NCBI GenBank assembly: GCA_963749155.1
Contig: CAVVLO010000003.1
Span: 512,001 to 576,000 of the forward strand
Reading direction: 5' to 3'
Length of the DNA: 64,000 nucleotides
Source: an uncultured Armatimonadia bacterium
Lineage (GTDB): Bacteria > Armatimonadota > Zipacnadia > CAVVLO01
Part shown: piece by piece, positions 1 to 9,591 of the stretch
Position numbering within the stretch: position 1 is the stretch's first letter
Layout of the letters: each line of letters opens with the position of its first letter
The notes under the pieces: generated by a model
Told to the model about the DNA's origin: nothing
The model's database searches: none
What the model saw: the letters and a program-made list of their open reading frames with translations, nothing else
Translations under genes and position numbers: made by a program

Positions 1-140
1 CCTATCCTGCTGTCATCCAGACCAGCGATGGCCTGGTGCATACGACCTATACCTGGAAGCGCCGGCGCATCAAACACGCCGTTATAGACCCGGCGAAGCT
101 CGAACCACGTGATTTCGGAGCCGGTCACTGGCCTGACTGA
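1..140 (+). CDS. C-terminal end of a BNR-repeat/exo-sialidase-like beta-propeller protein (5' part outside window)
   Basis: Frame from base 3 reads YPAVIQTSDGLVHTTYTWKRRRIKHAVIDP...GHWPD*, typical last blade of BNR_2 proteins; TGA at 138-140. Confidence 0.75.
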   Translation, partial: YPAVIQTSDGLVHTTYTWKRRRIKHAVIDPAKLEPRDFGAGHWPD

Positions 141-178
141 CCAGAAGCCCGACTTACAGATTTGTATGGAGGAAGCAG

Positions 179-1247
179 ATGGACCCAAACCCAATCAGGA
201 TCGGCATCGCGGGCATCGGACGCGCGGGCTGGGGGATGCACTGCCCCGAGCTCGAAAACAGGAAGGACCTCTTCCAGTTCGTGGCGGCTTGTGATGTCAT
301 CCCCGAGCGCAACCAGGCGATGGCCGAGCGCTACGGCTGCAAGACCTACGAACGCATCGAAGACCTCATCGCCGACCCGGACGTGGAGCTTGTAGATATC
401 GCGACTCGCTCTCTCGACCACTTCAGGCACGCCAAGATGGCGCTCGAAGCCGGGCAAGTATGTCTTCCTCGAGAAGCCTATGTGCACGCGCGGCGCCGAC
501 GCCCGCGAGCTGAAGCGCCTCTCGGAAGAGCATGGCGGGTTGCTCTTCATCCGCCACAACCGCCGCTACGAGCCTGGCTTCAACCGCGTGGCCGAGCTAA
601 TCCGCTCGGGCCTCCTGGGCGATGTCTTCCTCATCAAGCTGCGCCGCCTGCACTTCGCCAGGCGCGAAGACTGGCAGACGCTGCTCGAGTTCGGTGGAGG
701 GCTGCTCAACAACTGGGGCCCGCATATCGTAGACCACGCCTGCCGCCTGATGGACGCCGACATCGTAGATTTGCAGAGCTACCTGGGCAATTACGCGGCC
801 CTTGGCGATGCGGAAGACCATCTCAAGCTGGTTTTCAAGGGGGCTAACGGGCGCGTCGTGGATATGGAGATAAGCGGCGCGGCGGCCTTCTCACCCGAGC
901 CGGAGTATATCGTCTGGGGCACACGCGGGGCGCTGACCTGCCACCACGAGCTGACCCTCAAATACATCGATCCTGGTCAGGAATTGCAGGCTCGGGGCGC
1001 CGATCCCGAGACTCCTCCGATGGATATGCCCTTCCACCAGGGGCGCGCGGGCCTGTCCGAGACGCTCAACTGGGTGGAGGAGACCGTCCCCATAGATCCT
1101 GATGGGCGCTGGCGTATGGACGCCATCTGGGATGATCTCTACGGGGCAATCAGGGAGGGCAAGCCCTTCCCCATCACGCTGGAAGAGGCCTGCGGCAATA
1201 TCGAGTGGATCGAGAAAGCCAAAGCAGGCACGCCCTTCGCCCAATAA
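179..1247 (+). CDS. Gfo/Idh/MocA family oxidoreductase (one frameshift near 460)
   Basis: IGIAGIGRAG Rossmann motif in ORF 179..847; EKP motif at the shift; GGGLLNNWGPH in ORF 480..1247; GGAGG RBS upstream. Confidence 0.9.
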
Positions 1248-1271
1248 AGACGTCTTCTCAACTTGAAACAG

Positions 1272-1301
1272 CCAGGGAGGCCCTGCGAAGGGCCTCCCTG
1301 G
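1272..1301. terminator. Hairpin terminator between convergent genes
   Basis: CCAGGGAGGCCCT-gcga-AGGGCCTCCCTGG perfect stem. Confidence 0.7.
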
Positions 1302-1334
1302 TCTTGTCTTCGTGCACGCGCAAGCCCTGGCCGT

Positions 1335-2312
1335 CTACCTCTTCCTCAGCTTCACGACGAGGAAAACGAGTAGTAGCACCGCCAAGGGCGGCAAGGGCGT
1401 AGGCGAAGCTCTGTCGCGCCCCAGCGGTTTATGTTGCCAAGCAATCCGGTGAGTACTACCTCCAGCAAGTAGTGGTGGCCCACTGCAGAACCGCACCGGT
1501 CTTGCGTCGACATATAGCGCTCGCCAAGGAGGGCGTCCATCGTTGCCGTTAGCGGTCGAGCAAGCTGTCGTTTATAGCGAGACACTCCAGACCAGCTTCC
1601 AGGCGGCGTGACGTTCGTAACTGAGGTCGAAGTAAAACAACTCAATCTGCTCATGCTGGTAATCAGCTCCCAGTTGAACCTGCTCTCCTGTAATTCCAGC
1701 AGATGTTGCAATCTCGGCTACTAGCGTTGTAAACGCGATCGTGATGCTTGTGCAGCTGCGATAGCAGGTGGCACGGCGTTGGCCTAAGGTGTAGACGCAC
1801 TTAAGGCACGCAGTCACAGCGTGCTACATCGAACAGCTATCAGAGGGTGGAATCGGTCGTATCTTCAAGCCGTTTCTGCTGAAGTCAACGACCAGCGTAC
1901 TCTAAGCCACAGTCGGCAGCATTAGTGCTGTGACTCGCCGGCAGCTGGGTCATCAATGCGAGAACGACTTGGCAAGATGTAGCAGAAAGCCCAGCCCGTG
2001 CTCGAGCTACTTATTCGATTCGGGTAAGGCGACGTTCCGTATGGTTCATCAGGCTAAAGCTCTTCAAACGTGTAACTCGCGCGCGAGAGCTGCCATCTGC
2101 GAGCTGGCACAACGTAACCGGTTACTCACAGTTGTCACCGACGTTACGTTTTCGTAGAAGCGTTCCGAGTCTGGACCAGACCATGTAAAGGATCCCGGTC
2201 CAAGTCTAGGCGGACGGCGGAGTCAGCGCAGAGTATTGGCTGTCGCAGTATCACAACGCAACATCAGCAGCACAAGAGAAAAGATGAGGGCAAACAGTAC
2301 ACAGAGTTTCAC
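1335..2312 (-). pseudogene. Multiply frameshifted secreted, C-terminally anchored protein (PepSY-like segment, TM+KLRKR tail)
   Basis: GGAGGT RBS then GTG and signal-like MKLCVLFALIFSLVLL; internal fragments WKLVWSVS and ATMDALLGE; ends ...YALAALAVLLLVFLVVKLRKR* when frames are joined; AT-richer than flanks. Confidence 0.55.
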
Positions 2313-2415
2313 GGCACAGCACCTCCATATTTATGGACGGCGATGTGACCACTGCTGTGAGTCGCGGCGGGACTTGGGCGTGTCGTTTTAGCCTCTACTA
2401 GCCCGCTCTGTATAT

Positions 2416-2447
2416 ATTTTACCCCCCCCCCCCCCCGAAATTGGCAA
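2416..2447 (-). promoter_or_regulatory. Sigma70-type promoter with G15 tract in the spacer
   Basis: Minus strand TTGCCA-atttc-G15-TAAAAT (spacer 20 nt), about 100 nt upstream of the GTG at 2312. Confidence 0.65.
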
Positions 2448-2640
2448 GCATTTTGAGGAAGTTTCTTATCATATCCGGAATCTCTGCGGGAGACCAACCC
2501 TCGCAGCCAGAGGCTTCGGTTTCGGGACAAGAGCTCGTCCCGAAACAACAAACTGCTGCCTCCCTGGCGGGAATCTCCCCCTGGCTGGAGAAGACCGGCA
2601 GCAACCAGCCCTCCAGACTGGTGATGGAGTTGAGTTCGAG

Positions 2641-4712
2641 ATGACCACTCTGGCACGTTTTGCATCGTTGTCTTTCCTTCTCCTGGCACTCGGTCTGACC
2701 TGCCTGACGGCGTTGGCTGCTGACAAGGTCGGCACCTGGCAGCGCTGGGAACACTCCCTGACAAGCACCGTCGAGTACTCCAACCCCTGCACCGAGGTGA
2801 CCCTGCGCGCGCGGTTCGAGGGGCCAGAACGGAGCGAGGCGCGAGGCGCTCGGATTCTGGGATGGCGAGGACCAGTTCGTTATCCGCTGTGCCTTCCCCG
2901 TGCCAGGCGAATGGCGCTGGTCCACCACCTGCTCGGACGAGTCCAATGCGGGCCTGCATCGCCAGTCAGGCGTGGTGCAGGTGAAACGCTCTCAGGGCGA
3001 CTCTCCGCTGCTGGAACACGGTTATCTGAAGGTCTCGGAGGACGGCCGGTTGCTGGTCCACGACGATGGCACGCCCTTCCTCTGGCTGGGCGACACCTGC
3101 TGGGCAGCGCCCGTCCACGCCACCAAAGAGGAATGGACCGCCTATGTCGCTAACCGAGCCGCCAAAGGCTACTCGGTGTTGCAGCTTTCCATCGCGCCAG
3201 ATTGGGCGCTGGAGCACTCCAGGCTGGGTATCGCGCCCTTCCTGTCCGAGCTGCCCGACATCACCAAACCCAATCCGGTCTTCTTCCAGGAACTGGACCG
3301 CAAGCTCGCCGAGGCCAATGACCGCGGGCTGGTAGTGATGATGGTCGGGTTGATGGAGACACCCCATCGCTATCCCCCGCCCGAGCAGGTCGCCGTGCTA
3401 AGTCGCTACGTGGCGGCGCGCTACAGCTCTTTCGAGGTGATCTTGTCGCCGAGTTTCGACAGCGGCATCCACGCGGACATCACCGAGGCCGCGGCCCAGG
3501 CAGTCCGGGAGGCGGCCCCTGACAACCTGATCACGATGCACGAGGGCACAGGTGTCGGGCCGTACTTCCACTCGGCGGATTGGCTCTCTTTCGATATGTA
3601 CCAGAGCGGCCACAACGGCGGAGATGCCGCCAGGCAGTCGGCGCGAGCGATTGGGATGGCCGCCGAGGTGCTGGCTCTCACCCCGCGCAAGCCGCTCGTC
3701 AACGGAGAGGCCATCTACGAGGGCGATCTGGGCAGCGCGTATGACGTGCGGCGCACGGCCTGGCTCACTTTCCTGTCAGGCGCGGTGGGCTACACCGCCG
3801 GCATCAACGAGGTCTACTCCTGGGAGCCTGACGTGATGAGCAGGCTGGATGTGCCCTCGAGCGATATGATGGCCCTGCTTGGCCGGCTGCTGCGGACACT
3901 GCCCTGGTGGACTTTCGAAGCAGCGCCTGAGCGCCTGCTCAACCAGCCCGAAGACCGCGCGCTCCTGATGGCTTTCACGCTGACCCTGGACAAATCGCTT
4001 GGGCCTGGCCTATCTGCCCAACAATGAGGGGATAATCCTCGACCTGTCAGGTTGCCTGGAAACGTATGCTGCCCTCTGGATAAACCCGGCGACAGGCCAG
4101 AGAGTCGATGGGGCGGAGGTTATGTCTTCCGCAAGGACAACACTGATCCCGCCTGACAGGCGCGACTGGCTGCTGGTGCTTGCGAAGCCGGATTCCGAGC
4201 CCCTGAAGCGCCTCAAGCAGGGCTTCAAACGGGGTGTTGAGAGTCGCGAGCCGGTGGCCTCGATCGTCTTCGACGGGAAGACGCCCACTAATGGCCTTGT
4301 GCAGAAGAGCCCCGCCGATGGCGTGTGGACTCCTACCTCCCTCGCGGGGGTTGGGTGCCTCGCCAACGAGAATCCAGCGCGCAACAGTTATCTCTATTTC
4401 GACGTGGACGACCGCCTGGCGTTCCGGGACGGGGTAGCCCTGATGCGGGTAGAGGTCCGACTGCGCTCTGACGCCCCTCTGACAGGCCTGCAGCTTCAGT
4501 ATGACGCCCGGGGACCAGCCGAGGTAGATACCCGCTACCAGCCAGTTGCCCCGGCCTCAAAGACCCAGGACGGCGACTGGACCGTAGTAATCTTCGAGGC
4601 TCCCACCCCGTATCTGGGCAACCGGGAGAACAGCGGAGCGGACTTCCGGCTCTTCTTCAACCGCGAACTCGTCCACGTGGCCTCAGTGGAGGTGCGCCTC
4701 GAAGGCGACTAG
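2641..4712 (+). CDS. Secreted DUF5060/DUF4038 apiosidase-like glycoside hydrolase (GH140-like) with C-terminal beta domains; frameshifts near 2850 and 4000
   Basis: Signal peptide; WQRWE..NP..EVTLRARFEGP; GTPFLWLGDTCW; FDMYQSGH; KPLVNGEAIYE; WINPATG...DWLLVL. Confidence 0.85.
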
Positions 4713-4759
4713 CGTAGCGCCCTTCCCTGTGAAGTGTGAAAGGCCAGACAGAAACGCCG

Positions 4760-4786
4760 AGGGAGGCCCTGAAAAAGGGCCTCCCT
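4760..4786. terminator. Hairpin terminator, homologous to 1272-1301
   Basis: AGGGAGGCCCT-gaaaa-AGGGCCTCCCT. Confidence 0.7.
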
Positions 4787-4855
4787 TATTGTCTCTGTCG
4801 GCTCCGTTGTATCGGGCCACTCTTGTCCCGATACCAGGGCTAAGGCCCTGCGCGT

Positions 4856-5787
4856 CTACCTCTTCCTCAGCTTCACGGCGAGGAAGATGACGCAGCAAGC
4901 CCGCCAAGGCGGCGAGGGCGTAGGGTATGGATTGTTGTTGAGATTTATCCTGCACATTCGCTAGAGGAAGGCAGTTCTAAGCGTCACTGGGCGAATACCA
5001 GCGATTGGGGGAGGTGAACTCATCTGGCCCGTGTTAGCATCTAGGACGACGCCTTCACTTTCTGGTAGTCCGTCACTGGATCCAGCTTCCGGGTGCTTTG
5101 TCCGGATAATGTTGATGTTGTAGAAGGCGCCAGGAGTAGGCAGCTTCATGTAGCCCTTTGGATTATTCGAATAGTAAAGGCCTGGCGTTTCCTCTGGGGC
5201 ATATGCGCCTCTCTCTTGTAATTCAGTTTCAGTAAGTCCGGTAGTGGCGGACATACGCCGAAGTGCCTCGCTCACAGCCATATTACAGGCTTCTTCAGCT
5301 GATAACCTTACATCGCCAATTGTAAGATTCGGGATAGGTTCTTCACCTGCTGTAAATGAAATAACACCCTTCCCGTCGTCAGTCAGCCGCATACTCAAAC
5401 TGGGTGGTATGCGACAGCCTTCTTGCCTGCCTGCAAATGATACCTGCCTTGCATGTGTTTCATGTAGAACACGTGCCGTCAGTTGTTCCACGTTGTAGCT
5501 TCCCGGGACAAGCTGCTTTGCGAAGGCCCTGGCTTTGGCAACTAAGTCATCATCCGAGATAGTAATGCCCGGAAACCGACTTGCTCGGATGATGTAGGCT
5601 GTAATCATAATAACGCTTCAGAAGCTCGCTACTGCTCTGAAATTCTACTTCCGGCTGGCGGTGTTCACCCAAGCCCGTCACAATGAAGCAGGCTGGATCT
5701 TTTGTTTGCTTCAATGTCAGCTAGACACAGAACAGCCAGTAAGTAATGCAATAGCAGCTTTACCTGTAAGGGGATCTTCTGTTGCAT
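4856..5787 (-). pseudogene. Frameshifted secreted, C-terminally anchored protein with PepSY-like segment and TM+KLRKR tail
   Basis: Core ORF 4961..5608 contains LSAEEACNMA...FYNINII...VVLDANTGQM; tail SIPYALAALAGLL/VIFLAVKLRKR*; probable ATG at 5787 with hydrophobic N-terminus. Confidence 0.6.
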
Positions 5788-5852
5788 AACTCACAGTTAC
5801 ATGTAACGATATACTGAGTATACATAATGTAACTAAAAATACTAGTTGTTTC

Positions 5853-6780
5853 CTATTGCGGTGGTACATCATAATACACCCCAGCTAGAGTGCCGTTGAT
5901 GACTACATTATCCGTCTCGGCAACAAGGCCTTCAATCGGCCTCCGCAAGATCGATGTTTTCTGTGTCTTGGCACCAAGCGATCGCACCATATGTTGCCTG
6001 TGAAGCCGACTGGTTTGCCTCAAGCATTCGATACCAGAATTGGTCCCCAAAGCTGTCAGCGACTTCTCCACAGACCAACACGACAGTCCATCCGATAGCA
6101 CAGTCGGCACGCAATCCCCACTGCTTCCTCCAGCAGGCTGCGCGCGTAGGTCATCCACGCCTCGGGCAAGCCATAAAAGACGCAGCTACAGGCGTGGCCT
6201 TTCTCCAGCTCGCGCCAGCAGCGGATCTCGTCCACGTAGACGAACACGATATCGGGCCGTTGCGGCTGGTGCATCAGTTGCTGCACGAGGCCATCTTCTG
6301 CGAGCCAGTTACGTTCCTTGTCCTGATACGAGTTAGCCCATCTTCGATCAAGACCGATCCGGGTGATGCGGTAGGATACGCGATTCATCTTGAAGACTGA
6401 CTGGCTCGAAGGCGGCGTGCCCCCGTAGACCGGTCTAGGTAAGTGGATCTGACTGGTGGATATGCTGCCGAAGCCACTCGCCACTTGTACGCGCCCAACG
6501 TTGTGCCCATCCGCTGATCGAACCACCGATACCCAGTACCACGCCGGAGGCCTCCGACAGCTCTACATTGGTGAGGTTGATGGTACCGCCTGCTGGATTG
6601 CCAAAATCGAAGGCTAGCTCAGCCAGCACCCGTAGGTGGCGGCTCCGATAGTGGCGCCAGTGTTAGGCCAGATGACACTCAACGTAACTGTGGGAGCGGC
6701 GTGACATACCCCCCCCAAGATGTTAAAGCAACAAGCGCAATCAGCGCCATCAGTGAGACGGTGAAGCGTTTCAAAGACAT
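5853..6780 (-). pseudogene. Multiply frameshifted secreted hypothetical protein
   Basis: MSLKRFTVSLMALIALVALTSWG then a shift at a G8 run into VCHAAPTVTL; successive fragments 6435..6629, 6056..6526, 5932..6114, 5853..6158. Confidence 0.5.
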
Positions 6781-7037
6781 CACTCCCATCTTTCAGATTG
6801 ATGCTGCATGAAACCCTTTGTGTCTCGTGCGCGCGCCTTGCTTCCCTCCTTTGGCGGTCGTTACCCGATATGCGCTTCTCACCCAAATACAGTCTACCAC
6901 TATTCTGGTTTTCCGCAACCCCTCCGGATAAGAAAGACAACTCTGTTGCATAAAAAATATTAACTTGTGCGTTTACAACTGGCCCCAGAGACCTGCTCCC
7001 TTGCGCAGGGCGAGTCAGTATCACAGCGAAACCGGAC

Positions 7038-8498
7038 TCAGGCGAACTCCTCCGGATGACGCTTGCGGAGGGCTTCGCTAGCCCAACCGCGTTCTGTCTT
7101 CTCGAGCCAATCACAATAACGCTTGAGCTGGCCGCGCGCGTGATGCGGCCCGCCCTCGCGCATTACCTTCCACATCGGATCGATGTCATAATCGCTGGTG
7201 GCCATCTGGGCCTCTTGCCAGTCGAGGATCAGCTTCGAGCCGCGTTCGCATACTTCGGGGAAGTGTTCGGCCACATTGCCCTGTTCATGCGGGTCGGTGT
7301 CCAGCTTGTAGAGCATATCCTCGGGGAACAGGTGGAACCCGTCGTGGATGGTGCGCGTGTACAGCCAGTCGTCGAACCGGGCGCTACGCTGACAGACATG
7401 CACGCATTGGCTGACGACGATATGGTCTCGCGAGGCCTCGGCGCCGTTGCTGATGGCGGGCGCAAAGCTCTGGCCATCCCAGCGGTTGGGCATACTCACG
7501 CCCAGCAATTCGGCCAGCGTGGGCATCAGGTCTATATTCAGATGCAGGCCGGTATCCACATGGGCTTTCTTCGCATCGGGCCAGCGGATGATAAGCGGGA
7601 TATGAGTCGTGATCTCATCGGCGGTCGCATGCTCGCCCCAGATGCCAAGTTCGCCCAGGTTCTCGCCGTGGTCGGCGCTGATGATGATGGTCAGGTCGTC
7701 CATCACGCCCTGCTTCGCCAGCGCCTCGAAGAGCATCCCGATGTGCCCGTCCACATAGCGGACCCCGCAGTCGTAGCCGTCAATCATCCGGCGGACGTCT
7801 TTCATATCGCACAGCTCGCCGGGATGCCGGGGATAGCGCGGGTTGGTCACATTGTCGTACATATTGATTTCGCGCGCGCCGTGAGGGCCGGCCATCTGGC
7901 GATGCTGCTCCAGCACCTCGGGGGTCAGCCACGCGGGCAACGGGTCATCGGCGAAGGGGTCGCCGAAGGCTTCGGGCGCCCGGTACGGGGTATGGGGATC
8001 CCAGTAGTTGACATGGAGGAACCAGTTGTCCTCCTTGGCGTTCTGCTCAATCCATCTGAGAGCGGTCGGAGTGATGTCTTCGGCCGATTCCATCCCGCCC
8101 TTGCCCGTATTGTAGTATTCGGTGAAGGCGGCCAGGAACCACCAGGCGCCGTGGCGCTCGGCGAAGGGGCTGATGGTGACAGGCTTGAGGCCCGCGCGCT
8201 TCAGCATCGCGCCCATCCCTTCGTTGGCCATCCGGTCGCGGAACCCGCGCGAGGAACCTTGCAGCCACATATCTCCGCAGGTGCCCCCGTGGCCGACGAC
8301 TCCCGTGTGGATGCCATACCGCCCGCTCATCAGCGCCGCCCGAGAAGGCATACAAGGCGCATCGGAGCAGTGATAATGCGAGAACCGCACGCCCTGCCCG
8401 GCGATCTCGTCGATATTGGGCGAGGTGTCTCGGTGGTAGCCATAACAGCCCAGGTGGTCGGGCCGCAGAGTATCAATATCGAGGAATAGTACGCGCAA
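7038..8498 (-). CDS. Sulfatase (formylglycine-dependent)
   Basis: DIDTLRPDHLGCYGY, CMPSR motif, WDPHTPY, ADHGE. Confidence 0.95.
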   Translation of the reverse strand: MRVLFLDIDTLRPDHLGCYGYHRDTSPNIDEIAGQGVRFSHYHCSDAPCMPSRAALMSGRYGIHTGVVGHGGTCGDMWLQGSSRGFRDRMANEGMGAMLKRAGLKPVTISPFAERHGAWWFLAAFTEYYNTGKGGMESAEDITPTALRWIEQNAKEDNWFLHVNYWDPHTPYRAPEAFGDPFADDPLPAWLTPEVLEQHRQMAGPHGAREINMYDNVTNPRYPRHPGELCDMKDVRRMIDGYDCGVRYVDGHIGMLFEALAKQGVMDDLTIIISADHGENLGELGIWGEHATADEITTHIPLIIRWPDAKKAHVDTGLHLNIDLMPTLAELLGVSMPNRWDGQSFAPAISNGAEASRDHIVVSQCVHVCQRSARFDDWLYTRTIHDGFHLFPEDMLYKLDTDPHEQGNVAEHFPEVCERGSKLILDWQEAQMATSDYDIDPMWKVMREGGPHHARGQLKRYCDWLEKTERGWASEALRKRHPEEFA

Positions 8499-8623
8499 CT
8501 GAGTTCCCCCCTGAAGGATGCAATCTATATTCCAGACCCTGGCTAGCTCTCTAGTTCGCTTGGAGCGTGCTTATACCTTTTACCGATGATATAATCCGCT
8601 CTGCATAACCGCCAGTAAAAGGA

Positions 8624-9520
8624 GTGGTTTCCAGAATGCAGTTGCTTGTAGCGCCTGATCTACGGACACGATTTTTCCTCTGTTGTTTCTTATTCCTGTT
8701 AGTCAGTTCTTGTCTTGTGGGATGTGGAGGCGGCAACGACGGCCCCGACCTGCGTAGCACTCTAGTCTTTGTCTCGTATCGTGATGGCAATAATCAGCTC
8801 TATGCGATGGATGAAAACGGCGACGATCTGATCCGTCTCACAAACAACCTGTTCTATGATAGCGATCCAGCAATCTCACCAGATGGCGCCAAGATTGCTT
8901 TTGTGCGTCGTGAAGGGACTGGGGACGCCGAAATATATGTAATGGACAGCACCGGCGAGAACGAAGTAAACATTACCAATGATCCTGGTAACGATTACAA
9001 TCCTTCCTGGTCTCCTGATGGCTCCAAAATCGTGTTCCATAGTGGACGCACTGGGACTTGGCAGATTTTCGTGATAGACGCCGATGGTGGTAATGTGACC
9101 CAGGTTACCACAACCCCCCATAACTACTATCCCTGCTGGTCACCTGTCAGCGACTGGGTAGTCTATACCAGCAATAGAAACGGGAGCGGAGACGTTTATA
9201 CAATCAACGTCGATGGGACTGGTGAATACCAACTCACCACTGGGGGCAATGAGGACTGGGAGCCAGCCTGGTCTCCTGATGGAGAACATATTGCCTTCAG
9301 TAGAGACGGAGCCCTCTGGGCAATGGAAGAAGACGGCAGTGATCAACACCAAGTGCTTACTGGTACTGCTGGCTCCCCAACCTGGTCTCCTGATGGCAGT
9401 CAGTTGGCCTTATCGGGTCAAGGTGACATCTATAAGGTAGATTCCGATGGAGCCAATCTTACCCAGCTTACGGATGAGATCGAAGACAAGCAGCCTGACT
9501 GGGGTATGCTCTTGAGATAG
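8624..9520 (+). CDS. TolB-like PD40-repeat beta-propeller lipoprotein
   Basis: Lipobox LVGCGGG; repeated P(S/A)WSPDG motifs; exact start uncertain (8624 or 8636). Confidence 0.9.
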   Translation: MVSRMQLLVAPDLRTRFFLCCFLFLLVSSCLVGCGGGNDGPDLRSTLVFVSYRDGNNQLYAMDENGDDLIRLTNNLFYDSDPAISPDGAKIAFVRREGTGDAEIYVMDSTGENEVNITNDPGNDYNPSWSPDGSKIVFHSGRTGTWQIFVIDADGGNVTQVTTTPHNYYPCWSPVSDWVVYTSNRNGSGDVYTINVDGTGEYQLTTGGNEDWEPAWSPDGEHIAFSRDGALWAMEEDGSDQHQVLTGTAGSPTWSPDGSQLALSGQGDIYKVDSDGANLTQLTDEIEDKQPDWGMLLR

Positions 9521-9540
9521 CCTGCAAGTGATCGAGATAC

Positions 9541-9579
9541 AAAAGCCAGCTGGAGCTTGCGCTCCGGCTGGTTTTTTTT
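9541..9579. terminator. Bidirectional intrinsic terminator
   Basis: AAAAGCCAGCTGGAGC-ttgc-GCTCCGGCTGGTTTTTTTT. Confidence 0.8.
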
Positions 9580-9591
9580 CGACTGGTATTG

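Noticed and set aside
440..480. Programmed frameshifting in the oxidoreductase and other split genes
   Set aside because: No shared slippery motif was seen; scattered indels in unrelated enzymes fit sequencing error better
5796..5833. Nested palindromes AGTTACAT...ATGTAACT between the two AT-rich genes
   Set aside because: Could be an operator, but short palindromes are expected in AT-rich DNA and no convincing second copy was found
7056..8489. Long antisense ORFs (also 12544-14067, 27326-28993, 37106-38578, 41786-44986, 51108-52415, 56791-58749)
   Set aside because: Shadow frames of well-supported genes in high-GC DNA
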